This document shows positions 1-14,151 of a DNA stretch of 45,248 nt, in pieces. Location of the stretch: NCBI RefSeq assembly GCF_018350175.1, contig NC_058368.1, positions 239,322,001-239,367,248 on the forward strand, in the 5' to 3' direction. Position 1 is the stretch's first letter. Every line of letters begins with the position of its first letter. This stretch comes from Felis catus. Lineage: Eukaryota. A model generated the notes under the pieces. The model was not told where the DNA came from. It saw nothing but the letters and a program-made list of their open reading frames with translations, and ran no database searches. The position numbers and the translations under genes are program-made.

Positions 1-600
1 ATGATTAATGGTCAATTCTGGTCAATTTCAATAAATGCATATGTACACTTAAGAAGAGTGTATGCTCTCTAATATTCTCAAGTTGTATACATTCTTGAAA
101 TAAATGTATATCCTTTAGTTGTAAAATTTTACCTGAATTTTATCAAATTTTGGTTAATTCTGGAAAATGTTGCATGTGTGCTTTGGGAAGGATGTGTATT
201 TTAAAATTACTGGCTTCAGTACTCTACGCATGCCCATTAGTGAAAGAGAGAAATCAGGTGTTCAGATATATCCTAGGTAATATGGGGTCTGTTTATCTAT
301 TTGCTTTTCCCATTATGATTATGTTTACTCCTTCTAATTCCCTCAGTTTGTGCACCAAACATTTTAGGCTATGTTGTTAGTTGTTTACAGACGGTTACAT
401 ATTCCTGGTTGTTACCAGTATTATTACTCAATGATCTGCCTTAGCCTTGATAATGCATTCTGCCTTTTACTATATTTAATTTTTTATGATGATTGCTACA
501 CCAGTTATCTTTGGCTGGAATTTTGCTGGGCTACCATTTAAAAACTTTGTTTTCATCCAGTTATTATATATGTTGTGCTTTTTATTCCTGTGCCTTTGTT
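1..600 (-). mobile_element. Ancient degenerate LINE-1 (L1M-type) ORF2 fragment, antisense
   Basis: T-rich sequence with motifs typical of antisense old L1, e.g. 'tgtgtgctttgggaaggatgtgtatt' and 'gattgctacaccagttatctttggctggaattttgctgg'. Boundaries approximate. Confidence 0.6.
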
Positions 601-1729
601 TTGTTTGTTCCCTCCTTTTCTGGCTTCCATTTGATTTCATCTTCTTTATTGGAATCCCCTGCTCCTGCTCCCCCCACCCCCATCAAGCAAACCATTCTAT
701 TTCTATATCTTTCTGATTGCCTTTAACTTCTGCAGATAGTTTTTGAGCCAAACTGTGATGAAAGAAAGTCATAAATAAGCTGATGAGTCACTTTGAACAT
801 TTCCTGTATCTACAGAAGGATGGAAGAATGGTGGTCATTGAAATCTTAGGAATACAACAAAAAATTAGTATGATTAGTAATGTTCTTCAAGTCACATACT
901 TCGACCACAGCAGGTAAATAAAAACTGCATTGATCTATATTAACTACGATATGTTTATATGCATAGGTGTGGAGATAAGTTCATTTTCTCCTATGTCATA
1001 CAGATGATCGAATTTTATTTTCTTTATTCAAAAGTAAAAAGCAATATAAAGATGCAAATAGCAAGGTTATCCCTAAATTTCATTTTGTGCTTATTAAATT
1101 GTATACTTGTAAATATGTATTGATACTAAAGAGTAGTAGTATTCACATGGCTGTTTCAGAAAATAAGCAATTTTGTAAATGGGAAGGCGGATGACTTATG
1201 ATTAAAATGAAAGGAAAAGGAAACACAACAGAAGAAAGAAGGTGAAACATTAGGTCAAAATACCTTCTCAAAACACACCTTTGAAAGGGAACAGGCGTTT
1301 CTGTTCCCTGTGCTGCTGTTTATCTCTGTTTCTTATCAATCAATACCCTTTAAGTGTGCAAAAGATACACAATCACAAAGGAAAAAATCCTCTGTGTCGA
1401 CGACTTCACACAAAGAATCAAATGTAGGATATCATTGGTCATTTCCCTACCGTGGTCATTCTAGCTAAAAGACATTCAAAGAATTTAATAAATCAAAGTA
1501 GTCCAGTGGTAGTTTTTTTTAAAAGCCCTACTTCAATATCAATGGAATAATAAAAGGCACTGATTAATAAAGATCTTACTTTTTAAGATCTTTGTACTTT
1601 TTAATATCAAATGTACTTTTATACGATTGAGCCATGAATCTCTATAGCAGCTCACTGCAATATACCCACAAATTGTCTGCCATTAATTTTAAGATTGCCT
1701 CAAAAATAACCTACAATAAAATATCCCAA

Positions 1730-2410
1730 GACATTTCTCCCCTAAATTGATCTGCAGATTTAAAGCAATCTTAATCAAAACTCCTAGTATGATTTTTATA
1801 AATTAACAGATTCTAAATTTTTTATAGATATGCAAAGACACTAGAATAACTAAACAATTTTGAAAAAGAAGAACAAAGTGGGAGGCCTTATACCAGCTGA
1901 TTTCAGGATTCACTCTAAAGGTTCAGTAATCAAAACCATGTTACTGGAGGAAAGAGAGACAGATCAGGGGAACAAAACAGAGTCTAGGAACAGATTCACA
2001 CTTGTACTGACAATTCACTTTCAACAATGTTGCCTGGGTGAGTCAATGGAGAAAAGACGGTGGTCTTTTCAACAAATGGTGCTGGAACCACTGGATAGAT
2101 AAGACATGCAAAGACAAACAAATTTGAAGCTTACCTCACACCATATACAGAAATTTAACTCAAAATGGATCTTAGGCATAAAACTGAAGTCATCAGGAGA
2201 CAGAGGTTGGAAGTGGCCCAGCAATCACACTTCTAGCTATTTACCCAAGAAAACATAAGCCCACACAGATCTTGTATGCAGATGTTCGTAGTAACTTCAT
2301 ACATAATATTCTAAACTGGAAGCAACCTAAATGTCTATGAATCTATGAATGAGTAAACAAATTGCAGTGTATTCCATACAATAGAATACCACTCATGAAA
2401 AAAAAAAAAG
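1730..2410 (+). mobile_element. Old LINE-1 3' ORF2 fragments, internally deleted near 2190
   Basis: Encodes KKKNKVGGLIPADF and contains 'ttttcaacaaatggtgctgg', 'cctcacaccatatacagaaatttaactcaaaatggatc' and 'cccagcaatcacacttctagctatttacccaag', all hallmarks of the L1 ORF2 C-terminal region. Ends in an A-run. Confidence 0.9.
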
Positions 2411-5400
2411 CACCTAAGAAATTTATTAACCTGGGCTTGAAGACTAGTCAAAGTTCACTGGGGATACCTGTGGACAGAATGGATACCTGTGGACAGAGTG
2501 GGCTCTACAGCTGGCAGGTCTGAGAGGCCTGTTTCTGGAACACAAAGCCCTAGTTCATTCATCATTTGTGACTATGGAGAAAAGGAGCCAGAAGTCAGAG
2601 GAAAGGAGCTGAGCCAGTAACCTTATGGACCCCAAACCTGGAGTGGACTGCGAAGATCTCTCCATTTTATGCGATTAAACTCTATGAAAAATGGCTGGGA
2701 TTAATCTCGCAGCTTCCTTTCAGAAAGAAAACAACAAATGCTCACTTGAATTATTTCTGCTTTAATTACTAGTTTAATTCCATGTTTTCCTTTGCCTCCA
2801 TCACTGGTATAATTCCCCAGATTTAGAATTTCATGTGCTCAGTTGAAATATTTTCCAGGTACCAAGTAACACTTTGCCTGTCTCTTCCATACAGTCAAGG
2901 ACAGGTAGGCATTATCTGCAGGAGAGGGTCTCCCAGGTTTCCTTCTGCAGGGAAAACCATCACACAGGCCCTGTCCCCTGAGGGGAGGGTCTCACACAGG
3001 TTTTGGCCCCTGCAGGGCAGGTACTCACACAGGCTTCCTGCTGCAGGTATTGTAGGACCTTCTTGGCTGGAATGAGGAAGTCAGTGAGGCAGCGCAGCCC
3101 ATCCCCACCGTGGAGCCTCTCAGCCACACTGAACAGCTGCCAGAGCACCGTGGCTGCCGTGGCCTCAAAAGGTGGGTAGAGGGAAGACAGTGTGTTCTGG
3201 ATATAGGTGTCAAGGGATTCCAGATCCTGAAATGCAAGAGAGCATCGGGTAATTTAAGACATCAATGAAGACAGGTGCAGAGGAGAGTTTCACTGGCTGG
3301 TTATGTAAGGGTCCCCTTTACAGGCTCTGTCTTATGTCTGGGTATGTGACTTGTCTCTGTGGGAAGGTGCAGGCAAACCCTCAGCATAGTGAGGAGTTCC
3401 TCTTGGAGCAGTCTGCTGGTCCTTCACATTGTCACACTGAGGAAGTGCCCATGGCTGCATTAGGTACACCTGACGCCTGAGCCTATGAGGGGAACCCTAA
3501 CTAACACTTTAAGTGAGGTTGTTGCTGCTGTCACCGGAGGCACAATCAAGTTCCACCCCATTAAATTCTGAAATGTGCACCTGAAATGCTACATTTTAGG
3601 GTTATCTGTGGAGCGTCTGGAATTTCTCAGGGGGCCTTCCCTTTCCCTGGTACTCCTGGGTCTGAAGGGAATGGGGGAGGCCCCTGTGACAAGGACAGAG
3701 CTGGTTCACATGTAATTTAATACTCAGAAAAGTTTGCCTATAGTAAATACATTTTAACTGTACCGATAATGTTTAAAAGATTAAAAAAAAACCATTATGG
3801 CATCCTTTGTCAAAATCACAGAATTACACCCACTCAGTCATTCTGAAAACAGTATCATTGGTACCTGATTTCTTCTTATTTTGACAGAACAAGCTTTTAT
3901 GTAAAGACAGAATACTTTTAGTTTAAAAGATGTTTAAAGTTATTTTTAGATGTAGCATTTCCTGAGGAAATACCACAAGGTTCATTTGTTTGGAAAAGAA
4001 ATGCAAGGCTACAAATAACAGTTAAAAGTCAAAGAGGTTAAAATTGTGAAATCGATTTTAAAGGGACAACAGTTACATCTGACACTCCTCTGAACAGTTC
4101 ATGCTACAGGAAACTGAAAATAAAATAGTGAATCCTCTGAGCCTAGAGTGGATAAGGACGCAGGCCATCTGTGCTGACTGAAAGGCCAAGTCTCACAGCG
4201 AGCAGGGAGGTGTGTGCTGCAGTGAGTTCAGCTTCTAGAAACTCCCACCACCATGTCGGTGTGGTGAGGCATTGATTAGATACCCTCTGGAGCTCCTACA
4301 CTCACAGAGGCCTCCTTGTGTCTGTTTGTTCCCCTTCCTCCATATACCTGGCTCTTCCCACCAGACAGGGTCACTCACTCAGTAGGAATTATCTAAATAC
4401 TAATTTCATCCAGAGAATACCAAGATGGTCAGTCTGATGTCTAAAAACTCAAATCACACCTGAGCTACCAGTGAATATCCAGCCCATAAGAAAAATGGAG
4501 GTGGTCTTGAGCCAGGGGCAGGAATCATGCTCTAGACGTCATGTACCTCACAGAGATCTGAAGCAAATGCTTAATTGTGATACGAGAAACTGGTAATGGT
4601 GGAAGGGGCATGTCTTTAATGATCTATTTTGGAGGAAGTAAAATGCAAACTTTGGACCCTCCCAAGGAGAGATGTCCTCCTGCTGCCCAGATACCCAAGT
4701 CCAGGCCCACTTCTCCTCCAGACTCGCAGATGCATCCTCATTCTTGTGTCCAGCTGTGGTTAGTAGCCTCCCAGCGGGTCTCCTGGCCTCCACCCCACCT
4801 ACTCATCCCTTGAAAACTGCCCAAAGTGAGGAGGAGAGGGGCGATACTTGCTGAGATCTCTCGGATCTCACAGCATCCCCGGCCCCTTCTCTGCCTTTTG
4901 ATTCCTGTCATGACTGAGTCGAGCCCCAATACTTGGTCTAGAGGGCACCTCTTCCACCAGCTTCCACTCCCTGGGTGCCATCCCACCCAAATCCTGATCC
5001 AGGCAAGAGCTGCCCAAGAGAAGCTGTCTACCTGCCCAGAGGCCATCTCCCAGGTTGAGTAAGTTAAGGAAGTCTTGGGCAAGCCAGAGGGAACACATTC
5101 TCTAGCCTCTTCTTGGCTACTGTGTCCCGAATAACTGCCCATACGGCAGCTTCCTGGCTGTCATCTGCCTCTCTGGGTGCTTGATGACCAAGAACAACCA
5201 AAGCATGATGGTGCACACAGGGCCACTGTCTCATGAGCTCCCCAATCACTTTGCAGATGGTGCCTGATCTTGCTCTTGGGAAGAGAGGCTCTGATGAATA
5301 AGCGGACTGTACGGCCAGGGATAGACACAGCCTGAAGGGCCATCCCAGGCACAGCACCGTGGCATGTGCACAGTACAAGCCAACCATTCCCACTTGCATA

Positions 5401-5699
5401 CAATTCTCACAATTTAGTATTTTCAAGACCCACAAATTATAAGACGGGGAGGCAGACATATATGATCTTGAGAGCAGACGCAGAAATTATCACAACAGAT
5501 TCAAATTACCTGAATATATTCAATTCAGCTTAAGAGAACATGTAACAATATAATATATCTTAGAAAGATTTCCATAAGAAATGTTTAAAGGGGACATTGT
5601 CTTTGGTATGTTAAAGGGTGAAGTTCAAACATCTGGAATATTTACTCTGCATAGTATTTTCTTCCATGATGTTTAGTGGAATGATATGTGTGTTACAGT

Positions 5700-7380
5700 T
5701 GAGTGTGTGTGTGAAGGAAAACGTGTGTGCAGAGATGGGTGTGTGTGTGAGGGAAAGTATGTGTGAGAGAGAAAGTTATGTGTGAGGGAAAGTGTGTCTG
5801 TGTGGGGGAAAGTGTGTGTGAGAGATAAAGTGTGTGTGAAGAGTGTGTGTGTGTGAGGGAAAGTGTTTGTGTGAGGGAAAGTATTTGTGAGAGAGAAAGT
5901 GTGTGTGAGGGAAAGTGTTTATGAGAGGGAAAGTGTGTGTCAGGTAAAATGTGTGTGTGGGAAAGTATTTCTGTGTGTGGGAAAGTGTCTGTGAGTCAAA
6001 GTGTGTGAGGAAAAGTATGTGTGAGGAAGAGTGTATGTGAGAATGAAAGTGTGTGTGAGGCGGTAATGTGTGTGTGAGAGGGAAAGTGTATGTGAGGAAA
6101 AGTGTGTGTGAGAGAAAAAGTGTGCGTGAGGGAAGGTGTGTGTGTGGGAAAGTGTATTTGTCAGGGAAAGTGTGTGTGAGAGAAAATTGTGTGTGAAAGA
6201 AAGTGTGTGAAGGAAAGTGCGTGTGAGAGAAAAAGTGTGTGAGAGGGAAAGTGTGTATGTGAGAGGGAAAGTGTGTGTGAGGGAAAGTGTAAGTGAGACA
6301 GAAAGTATGTGTGAGGAAAAGTCTGTGTGTGGGAAAGTGTCTGTGAGTCAAAGTGTGTGAGGAAAAGTATGTGTGAGGAAGAGTGTATGTGAGAACGAAA
6401 GTGTGTGTGAGGCGGTAATGTGTGTGTGAGAGGGAAAGTGTATGTGAGGAAAAGTGTGTGTGAGAGAAAAAGTGTGCGTGAGGGAAGGTGTGTGTGTGGG
6501 AAAGTGTATTTGTCAGGGAAAGTGTGTGTGAGAGAAAATTGTGTGTGAGAGAAAATTGTGTGTGAAAGAAAGTGTGTGAGAGGGAAAGTGTGTGAGGGAA
6601 AGTGTATGTGAGAGAGAATGTATGTGTGAAAGAAAGTGTGTGTGAGAGAAAATTATGTGAGAGGGAAAGTGTGTGTGAGAGGGAAAGTGTATGAGGAAAA
6701 GTGTATGTGAGAGAACATGTATGTGAAGGAAAGCGTGTTTGGGAAAGTGTACGTGTCAGGGAAAGTGTGTGTGAGAGAAAATTGTGTGTGAGGGAAAGTG
6801 TGTATGTGAGAAGGAAAGTGTGAGAGAGAACGTATGTGTGAAAGGAAGTGTGTGAGAGGGAAAGTGTGTGAGGGAAAGTGTATGTGAGAGAGAATGTATG
6901 TGTGAAAGAAAGTGTGTGTGAGAGAAAATTATGTGAGAGGGAAAGTGTGTGTGAGAGGGAAAGTGTCTGAGGAAAAGTGTATGTGAGAGAACATGTATGT
7001 GAAGGAAAGCGTGTTTGGGAAAGTGTACGTGTCAGGGAAAGTGTGTGTGAGAGAAAATTGTGTGTGAGGGAAAGTGTGTATGTGAGAAGGAAAGTGTGAG
7101 AGAGAACGTATGTGTGAAAGGAAGTGTGTGTGGGAAAGTGTATGTGTCGGGGAAAGTGTGTGTGAGAGAAAATTGTGTGTGAGGGAAAGTGTGTATGCGA
7201 GAGGGAAAGCACATGACAGCAAATGTATGTGAGAAAGTGTGTATGAAAGGGAAAGCGTGTGAGGGAAAGTGTGTGTTGAGGGAAAGTGAATGTGAGAGGG
7301 AAAGTGTGTGTGAGGGAAATTGTGTATGTGAGGAAAAGTGTGTGAATGCCAGTGTGTGAAGGCATCTGAAGGTGTGTGTG
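5700..7380. repeat. GT/GA-rich minisatellite, degenerate ~16-20 bp unit like GAGGGAAAGTGTGTGT, with higher-order duplications
   Basis: Seen directly. Marker 'cggtaatg' recurs at 6061 and 6413 (352 bp apart); 'aacatgtatgtgaaggaaagcgtgtttggg' recurs at 6714 and 6990 (276 bp apart). Confidence 0.97.
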
Positions 7381-10299
7381 GGGGTAGAGCCATAGTGAGC
7401 CAAGAGAAATATTGGGGGCAAATCCTTAGAACAGTTCCTCCGCCTTTGGGTGCCCAGGAAGAGAAGGGAGTAGCCTCGGGGTCAGGGAGAATGTCTATGC
7501 AGGCACCTGTCATCAGTTCAGCCTGTGCCCGCTCTCTCTGTAAGGTGTGACTCACCCATTCACCCATTCCGGCACGCCATCAGGATGTGCAGAAATAGGA
7601 GGGAAGAAAGCAGACAAAGGCAGATGTCATCACTTTGTCGATGGTTGATTTCTTCTCCTTATGTAGCTCAGGATTCCCGTTTCAACCGAAGGCTAACTTC
7701 AAAACTAGGACCTTTGCCTGTGTGCTTGATCCTAAACCCACCCGTGGCTTAGGATGTGATTTTCTGCAGATGTACGTTAGTGGATTGGTGACACAATACT
7801 AGTATAAAGCACTTAATTACCATTTTGCTGAACTATGAATCAGTGTGTTGTTATTTGCATTTTAACAAAAAATGTTCATGTCTGGAGAAATATTTTAGGG
7901 CTTCACTCTTCAGTGAAGGACTTTAGGTAAAACTTCATTGAAAGGAGGGTGAATTTTAAAATCTACACCCTTGTCTCTCACAATGCCTGCACATTCCATG
8001 ACTAGGCATGTTCCTCCTGGCACCTAGTGCACAGGCCAGTGACCTGGCCTCAGCATATGGCCCCCTCCCTGCAACTCTCCAGGCCTCACACGCGCTGAAG
8101 ATGAGAGGACTGAAGCTGGGCATCCACAGGCCCATCTGTGCCCACCCTGTGCAGGGCGGGTGGGGCAGTCTCAGGGACACCGGAAAGACACCTGGCCGCT
8201 TGGTTCTGAAACACGAACCAGCTGGAAATGGCATGCTTCATCCGCCAGGGGGCAGGTAACAGGCTAAATGTCAAAGCCAAGGTAATGTCTTCTCATTTCA
8301 AGGACCGTGCTGAGCTAAACAAGACCAGCTGATGAATAAGGCAAGGAAACAGCAGGGGCACCCCATCCAGGGCCTGGCAGGCCGGAGGGACTGGGCTGAG
8401 GCTGGCCTGACAAAGGCTGCCCATCAGTGCTCACATTTTCACTCAAATGTAACACCCCCAAAGATGACTGAAGGCACAGAGTTGCGGGGCAGTCATTGGC
8501 AGGGTGGGTAGGCCTGGACATCAGGATCCTTTTACCTGCCCGGAGGGTCTGCAGGGGCTTACTGTGGGGACCACTCCTGTCTCTTAGGAAAGGGCACCCC
8601 AAGATGAGAGACTGCTAGGTAGCTAGGTTTCCGAGCAGGCAGTGCATAAACTGTGCTCCCAGACCTCCACCCCACCCTTCCTGCACAGTCATAAGCTGGT
8701 GGCTGACCCCCCTCATGTCCCAACAGGGATAGAAAGTACAAGAACATCAAAGACTTCAGCACAGCCACATCGGAGACACCTTCCTTGCAGCTCCTCCCAA
8801 TGACCAAAGGAACCTGCTGCCAAATCTACATTTGGGCCCCTGTATGCGGGGGACAGTAGGGCGTGTATAGGAGGACGGGATTGCAGGACACCTGGGATGA
8901 GGTCTCAGGTGGGGTTAGGAGAGGACTAAGCAGCTGCAGTAAGGCAATACCAGCCTCTCCACCTGCCATTAGCCAGGCTGGGGGCTTCTCTGGGACTCAG
9001 TTATGCCGTCTCATTCTGAAAATTGCCAGGGCGCGGATGTTGGTGCAAAGAGAACAAAGGCTGGGGGCATCACCCACGAGGCAAGCCTGGGTGTGTGGCT
9101 GGCGTGGGGGCAGTGCACACAAAAGCCCCTCATCTGGTGTGGGAGCTCATCTTATCCTGCAGCCCCATGACCAGCTCCTAGTGATACCCCGGATGCTGTA
9201 GCCTGGGGTAGGGGCATAGAGAGTGGGGTACAGAGGGGTGCCACTCACCCAGGCACTTCTACCCAGAAGGTCAGGGCAGCCTTTAAATTTACCACTATGG
9301 CCTCTGCCTCTAGTCGGATTTTATAAACAAAAGTCAGGATGTACAAGTGGCAGCAGGCACCCACTATGGGACACCAGAGCTGTTCCTACAGCCTGCCTTC
9401 AAACAGGGGCCTAGGACAGGAGGGGCACCCGCGTCAGTCCTAGCCCTGCCCCACTTTCCATCAATAGCCACTTTCTTGGCCCTGTGGGGGCTGGGTGTGA
9501 AACCCACACTCCCCAGGAGGCTTGCTCTCAGTAGCCGACCTGGTTACAGTCTCTCAGACGCCCTTCCTGAAGGGCGCCGATGGTCATCTCTGTTTTCCTG
9601 TGTGTACAGACCCAGGAACCACTTTTGAGTCAAAGAAAACATGTCTAGAAAGCCTAGCCCCCTGTGCTGGCCTGACGTGCCAGCCTGCCTCCATCTGGTC
9701 TGTCCACACCTCCATGTGGGTCAGCATCTCAGGCTGACTCTCCACCCGGCCCCACTGCTGACTCCAGCCACCACCTGTGGGCCCTTCCTGGGCCCAGGCA
9801 GCTAAGTCTGACACCTGAGGGCTAGGCCTTCTCTCCCCGACCAGCACACTCCCCAGGCTCTGACCCCGGGGCCACGGCAGTTCACTTCACAGCTTCCTCA
9901 GACATTCCTCCACCTTCCCAACTGAGGTGAGTCTTCTTTCTCAAGCTCAGAGCTGCCTACTTAGCACTTAGCTGCCTTCTAGTTGTGCATCTCCAAAACT
10001 GGGGTCTGCTTCTGGGCTGCGCACCATGTGACCCTTTCCTCGCACATTCGTGCTGTTGGATTACATCGTGACATGTCTAGAGGATCTTTAGAAGGGAGAG
10101 GCAGGGAAATATTTGGCCAAATGTTCACCACAAATGTGTCTGGGCTCTAAAATCCCGCTTCGTTTATGGAGGAAAGATCCCTCTGAGGAACACTGGGCCT
10201 CCATAATGCTGGACAGGGGAAATGCCCGTCCGCATTTCAGTAAGGTACTGAACTGACAAAAAACAGAGCAATCTTTCTGTGGTGAGCTGTTTTTCACAG

Positions 10300-10620
10300 A
10301 ATCCCTGCCTCCCTGGGGAGGATGGCATGTCCCTGTCCATCGGCATCAGGCGCGGCCACATGACAAAGAAGCGTGGCAGCAGTGGCAGATGCGGGTTCTG
10401 ACAGAGACTTTGTGAGGCAGCACGTGCTCCGATACACTACCTTTCCCTCTGCCACAAGATGGGTAACACCCCAGAGAAGCTGTTCCGTGAGCCTGGACCC
10501 CAGAGTAAAACTGACGTGATGACCATGATGGGCACGTAGCATGAACCGGTCATCACGGTGCTGATGACTGAGATGTGGGGGGCATTGGTTATGTGGCATA
10601 ACCTGCATATCGTGACTGAC
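10300..10620. mobile_element. Old MaLR (MLT1J/K-like) solo LTR fragment
   Basis: The minus strand reads '...tggcagagggaaagg...tgtcatgtggccgcgcctgatgccgatggacagggac...atcctcccc', resembling remembered MLT1 consensus motifs. Confidence 0.55.
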
Positions 10621-12716
10621 ACTCCCTAGGACCTGGAACACAGACCCAGGGGACACCCCAACTCAGGGCCTTTACCTCCCCACGGCAGCCACAGCACACA
10701 CCTTGGCATGGGTTACCACCTCTACCTAGGAGCCCTCTTGGATTGGTGTCCTGTAATGCACCTGGAGGGACTGAGCTGCCTGCAGACACGTCAGTGCGTC
10801 CTGAGCTGGAGTTGGTTCTGAGAGGCTTCCCAGGGAGACCACGCCCCACAGGGTAGAATGAGGAGCAGGACCTCGGGACTCTGTCTCCACGCTGTTGGCA
10901 TGGTGCCTCCAGCAGGGGAGGTGCATGTGGCATATCTCAATCTCAGCTGTATCTCCAGGAGTGTTCCAAAAGCATCTCAAATCTGAGCATCATTATCCAC
11001 AGCCTCTGCTCTGTCTAGGTGTCAATATTTTCTAGTTTTCAGGGAGAAAAGAAAACCAGGAGAACGCCAAACAAAATCACTATTTCAGGGTTCAAGCTTC
11101 AGGGCTGCACCTTATGCAACTGGCCCAGCAGGTGAATCCAGAAAAGAGTAATTCCAAACACAACCCTGAAATGTCTTTTCTGAATTTACACACACCTTAC
11201 CAAACAAACATGAAACACATAGTTGCCTGACTTCAGCAATTCTGAAGCTGGTGTTCACATTACAGTGGATTGTGGGTGCTGGGGATTGTTGACAATGGAA
11301 ATCCGTCTACAGGGCTAAACAGCCGGATGGCGGCAGTCTCTGCCGGCCGGCATGTTGGGACGGCTCCCCTTTGTAATTCTATGCTCAGAACTATGCTCAG
11401 ATCGCTGCCAGGCTGGCTGCAGTGCCCCTCCCTTTCTTTCCTCCCCTCAGATGCCCAGTCACCTGCAGCAAGAACCTTCCAGGTGGCTTCTGCTCCACCA
11501 ACTTCTTTTTAAAACTGATTCTATGTTCTTCCTTCTCATCCCAGCTTCCCAGACTAACGCAGTGTAAGAACTTGCTGACGTGGAATTGGCAGGTGCCATC
11601 AGTGAAAGCCTGTTCTGAAAGAGGAAGCCTGGCAGATCCTCCCTCCCACCCCTGCCCACTGTGCCACCAACTGGGGCAGCTGTGCGTGCCTCTAGGTCCC
11701 TGCCTGTGTCAGATATGGGCCAGACCTGTGCTCCCTGCTTGCTTTCTACTTTGGGCCATGGTTTCCTCAACTGTTAGCTGGGAGGAGCTCTCAGGTGGCG
11801 GAGGACCGAGGGACCTCAGGAGAGGGCCTGGCCCATGACACCTGTGTGTTCAACAGGGCCTGCCAGGGGCTCTCTTCCTGAGGATGAGCCACAGGCAGCT
11901 GCGTCCTCCCCTGTTGACACATGCCCTTCAGCCCTCCAGCTGGAATGTGCGCAGCTCAGAAGCTAGAGTCCTGTTTTCAACATGATCCCTTTTCTGTTCC
12001 AGGAGGATCTCAGTCTCCATTTTAATCATGTTGCGAGGCACCTGCTTTCCTATCTAGGGCTTGACATTAAACAGTCACAAATAGAACCAATCCTATGTGA
12101 GAAAACAAATATATAAACATGACTTCTCAAATGTTTCTACAACCAATCCTCCCCAGATAGGACACTGAGTCAGCAGCAGGACAATGGAGGTGTCATGGCC
12201 CCCCAGCTGCTGGGCTATTGCCCCCTCGGGCCCTCTTCCACGAGTTGCCTCTGAACCAGGGCACAGGAGTGCTGAGTACCTTGGCTCCCAGGCACCCAGC
12301 AGGGTTTTGACGCACCTGCTTGCTGTGTGGCTGCCAAACCTCCCCAGTGTAAAGCCAGACGTCTGTAAACGAGACGGCACTTCACAGTTTACACCATGTT
12401 TGCACATGGGACTCCCATGATGGGCAGAGCCACCCAGTCCTGAAAGTCTATGTTAATTATGCACTTTTGTCACTAGGCATTCCATCCTACCTATGGGCGC
12501 CTGATGTCAGAATCTGCCTAGAACCGAGGAGGTTTTATCTTCCAGGGAATCTCACTCAACCAGACACACTCAGAATCTTCCACTGGGTGTTCTTTGGAAA
12601 AGCTGCCTCTTCATCCTCTAACCACCAGTTGGAGCATCCAGGATTTCACCTGGAGGTGTGGGGACATCCTGGCGCCACCCTAGCTCCTCTGTCCCTGCTG
12701 GTCTCTATGCAACACT

Positions 12717-12964
12717 CAGGGGTCAGCAAACCATGACCCCAGTGGTCGGAAAAAAAACCAAAAGAAGAATACTAATTCAGACACGTGGAAACTATATGAC
12801 ATTCCCATGTCAGTGCCCATATTGGAAGTTTTATTGGAACACAGACACCCTCATTCCATGCATTGCCTATGGCTGCCTCTGTGCTACAAAGGCAGAGCTG
12901 AGAATGGTCCTTCAAGGCCTCTAGGCTTACTGTCTGGCCCTTCGTAGAAAGTTTGCTGACCCCA
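12717..12964 (+). mobile_element. MER58 (hAT-Charlie) non-autonomous DNA transposon
   Basis: Terminal inverted repeats CAGGGGTCAGCAAAC ... GTTTGCTGACCCC; internal 'agttttattggaacacag...ttgcctatggctgc...gctacaaaggcagag...ctggcccttcgtagaaagtttg' matches the MER58 pattern. Confidence 0.9.
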
Positions 12965-13879
12965 CCCTTAAGGAAGGAAGTCCTGCAAGGCAGCCAAGGG
13001 GCATGAGTGGGTGGATGAAGGGGCCGCCCCCACCCTCCTTCCCTGTCTGCTGCCCCATGAGTTGCATGGACTCTGGCTCCAGAACAGCTACATTTCTCGA
13101 TGAAGATGCTGGATGAGTGAGGGCTTGTTTGACACCACCATTTCTGATTCAACACCCAAGTTCCAACTAATTGTCAGTGATTTCGTTCACGAACAGCTTT
13201 ATTCCATGTGTGCTTTGAGAGCAGCAGTCAATGTGATTGACTGTGATTGAGGGTGGTACCCAGAGGCTCTGTCTCTAGGGGTGTTATTAATTTCTTCTCA
13301 ACATCGAATGCATTAAAAAAGCAGTCATTTAAGGTCCTCATTATCCTTCTTTGCATTTAGTAGCCTAATATACAACGAGGACACTCCCAAACTAGGGAGC
13401 TGTGAAAGTCTTGGAATGCACCTTTCATGTCAGCATCTATTAGGTGACTATGAGTGCACACGGGAAGCTCAAGCACCGTCCCTGCCACAGGTCACATGTT
13501 CACTTGGTCATTACCGGGATAGAGGCGACCACAAACACAAGGTCCCAGAGCAAGGCCTGCCCTGGCTTGGGAAGCCCATCACGCCAGCAGCAACCAGGGA
13601 GTGACCCTGCTCTGCTGCTCACCTGCTAGTCCTGCAGTAATTGCACGAACAGACACGGTCCTGCCTTCAGCATAGAGAGGAAGCAAACCTACCAGAGAAG
13701 CAGAAAGAAGGGTGGGCAGGAGGGAGACAGGGCTGGCAGGATGAGAAACAGATCCCCGGAAGGGACGGAGGTGCCCCTGTGGACGTGCCGGTAAAGAGGA
13801 GCTGTCGCTGGCCAGGTGGTGAGCTGCATCCTGGGGCCCAAGGCAAGAGCAGGTTCAGGGGACACCACCTGTAAACATC

Positions 13880-13975
13880 ACCCGGGGTTCTACACTGACT
13901 GTGGCATAGCACAAAGTCCCCAAGACTTCTGCATATCTGGTTTCTTCGTTTGTAAAACAGGAAGAATACCATGAA
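13880..13975 (+). mobile_element. MIR SINE fragment
   Basis: Degenerate MIR core 'ctggtttcttcgtttgtaaaacaggaagaata'. Confidence 0.5.
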
Positions 13976-14151
13976 TCTACTTCAATCATTCCACAAAGGT
14001 AAGAACATATTTCATCTTAAAAGAACATTGAAGCTTTTTACTTTTTAATACAGAATGCAAACTGACAATGAAGTGTTGGTTCTTGAGACATTTTGACTGA
14101 ATTTAGCTCTTTGAAGGTGCCTGATAGAAAGTGTGCAAGAGCGACAATTAC

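Noticed and set aside
2462..2497. Short direct duplication GGATACCTGTGGACAGA x2; similar small duplications at ~11379-11401 and ~32636-32671
   Set aside because: Ordinary two-copy slippage duplications with no spacer structure; not CRISPR-like.
3492..3504. Isolated telomere-like word AACCCTAACTAAC; also ccctaa words near 26461-26478
   Set aside because: One or two units only, compatible with chance; not an interstitial telomeric site.
5776..7365. 529-aa His/Thr/Phe/Ser/Leu-rich ORF and overlapping ORFs
   Set aside because: They lie in the minisatellite. The minus strand has almost no G, so TAG and TGA are rare and long frames stay open by composition alone.
13224..13242. 8-bp hairpin CAGTCAAT-gtg-ATTGACTG; also GGGAACAG...CTGTTCCC near 1287-1308
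   Set aside because: Short stems like these are expected by chance in 35 kb, and there is no RNA-gene context.
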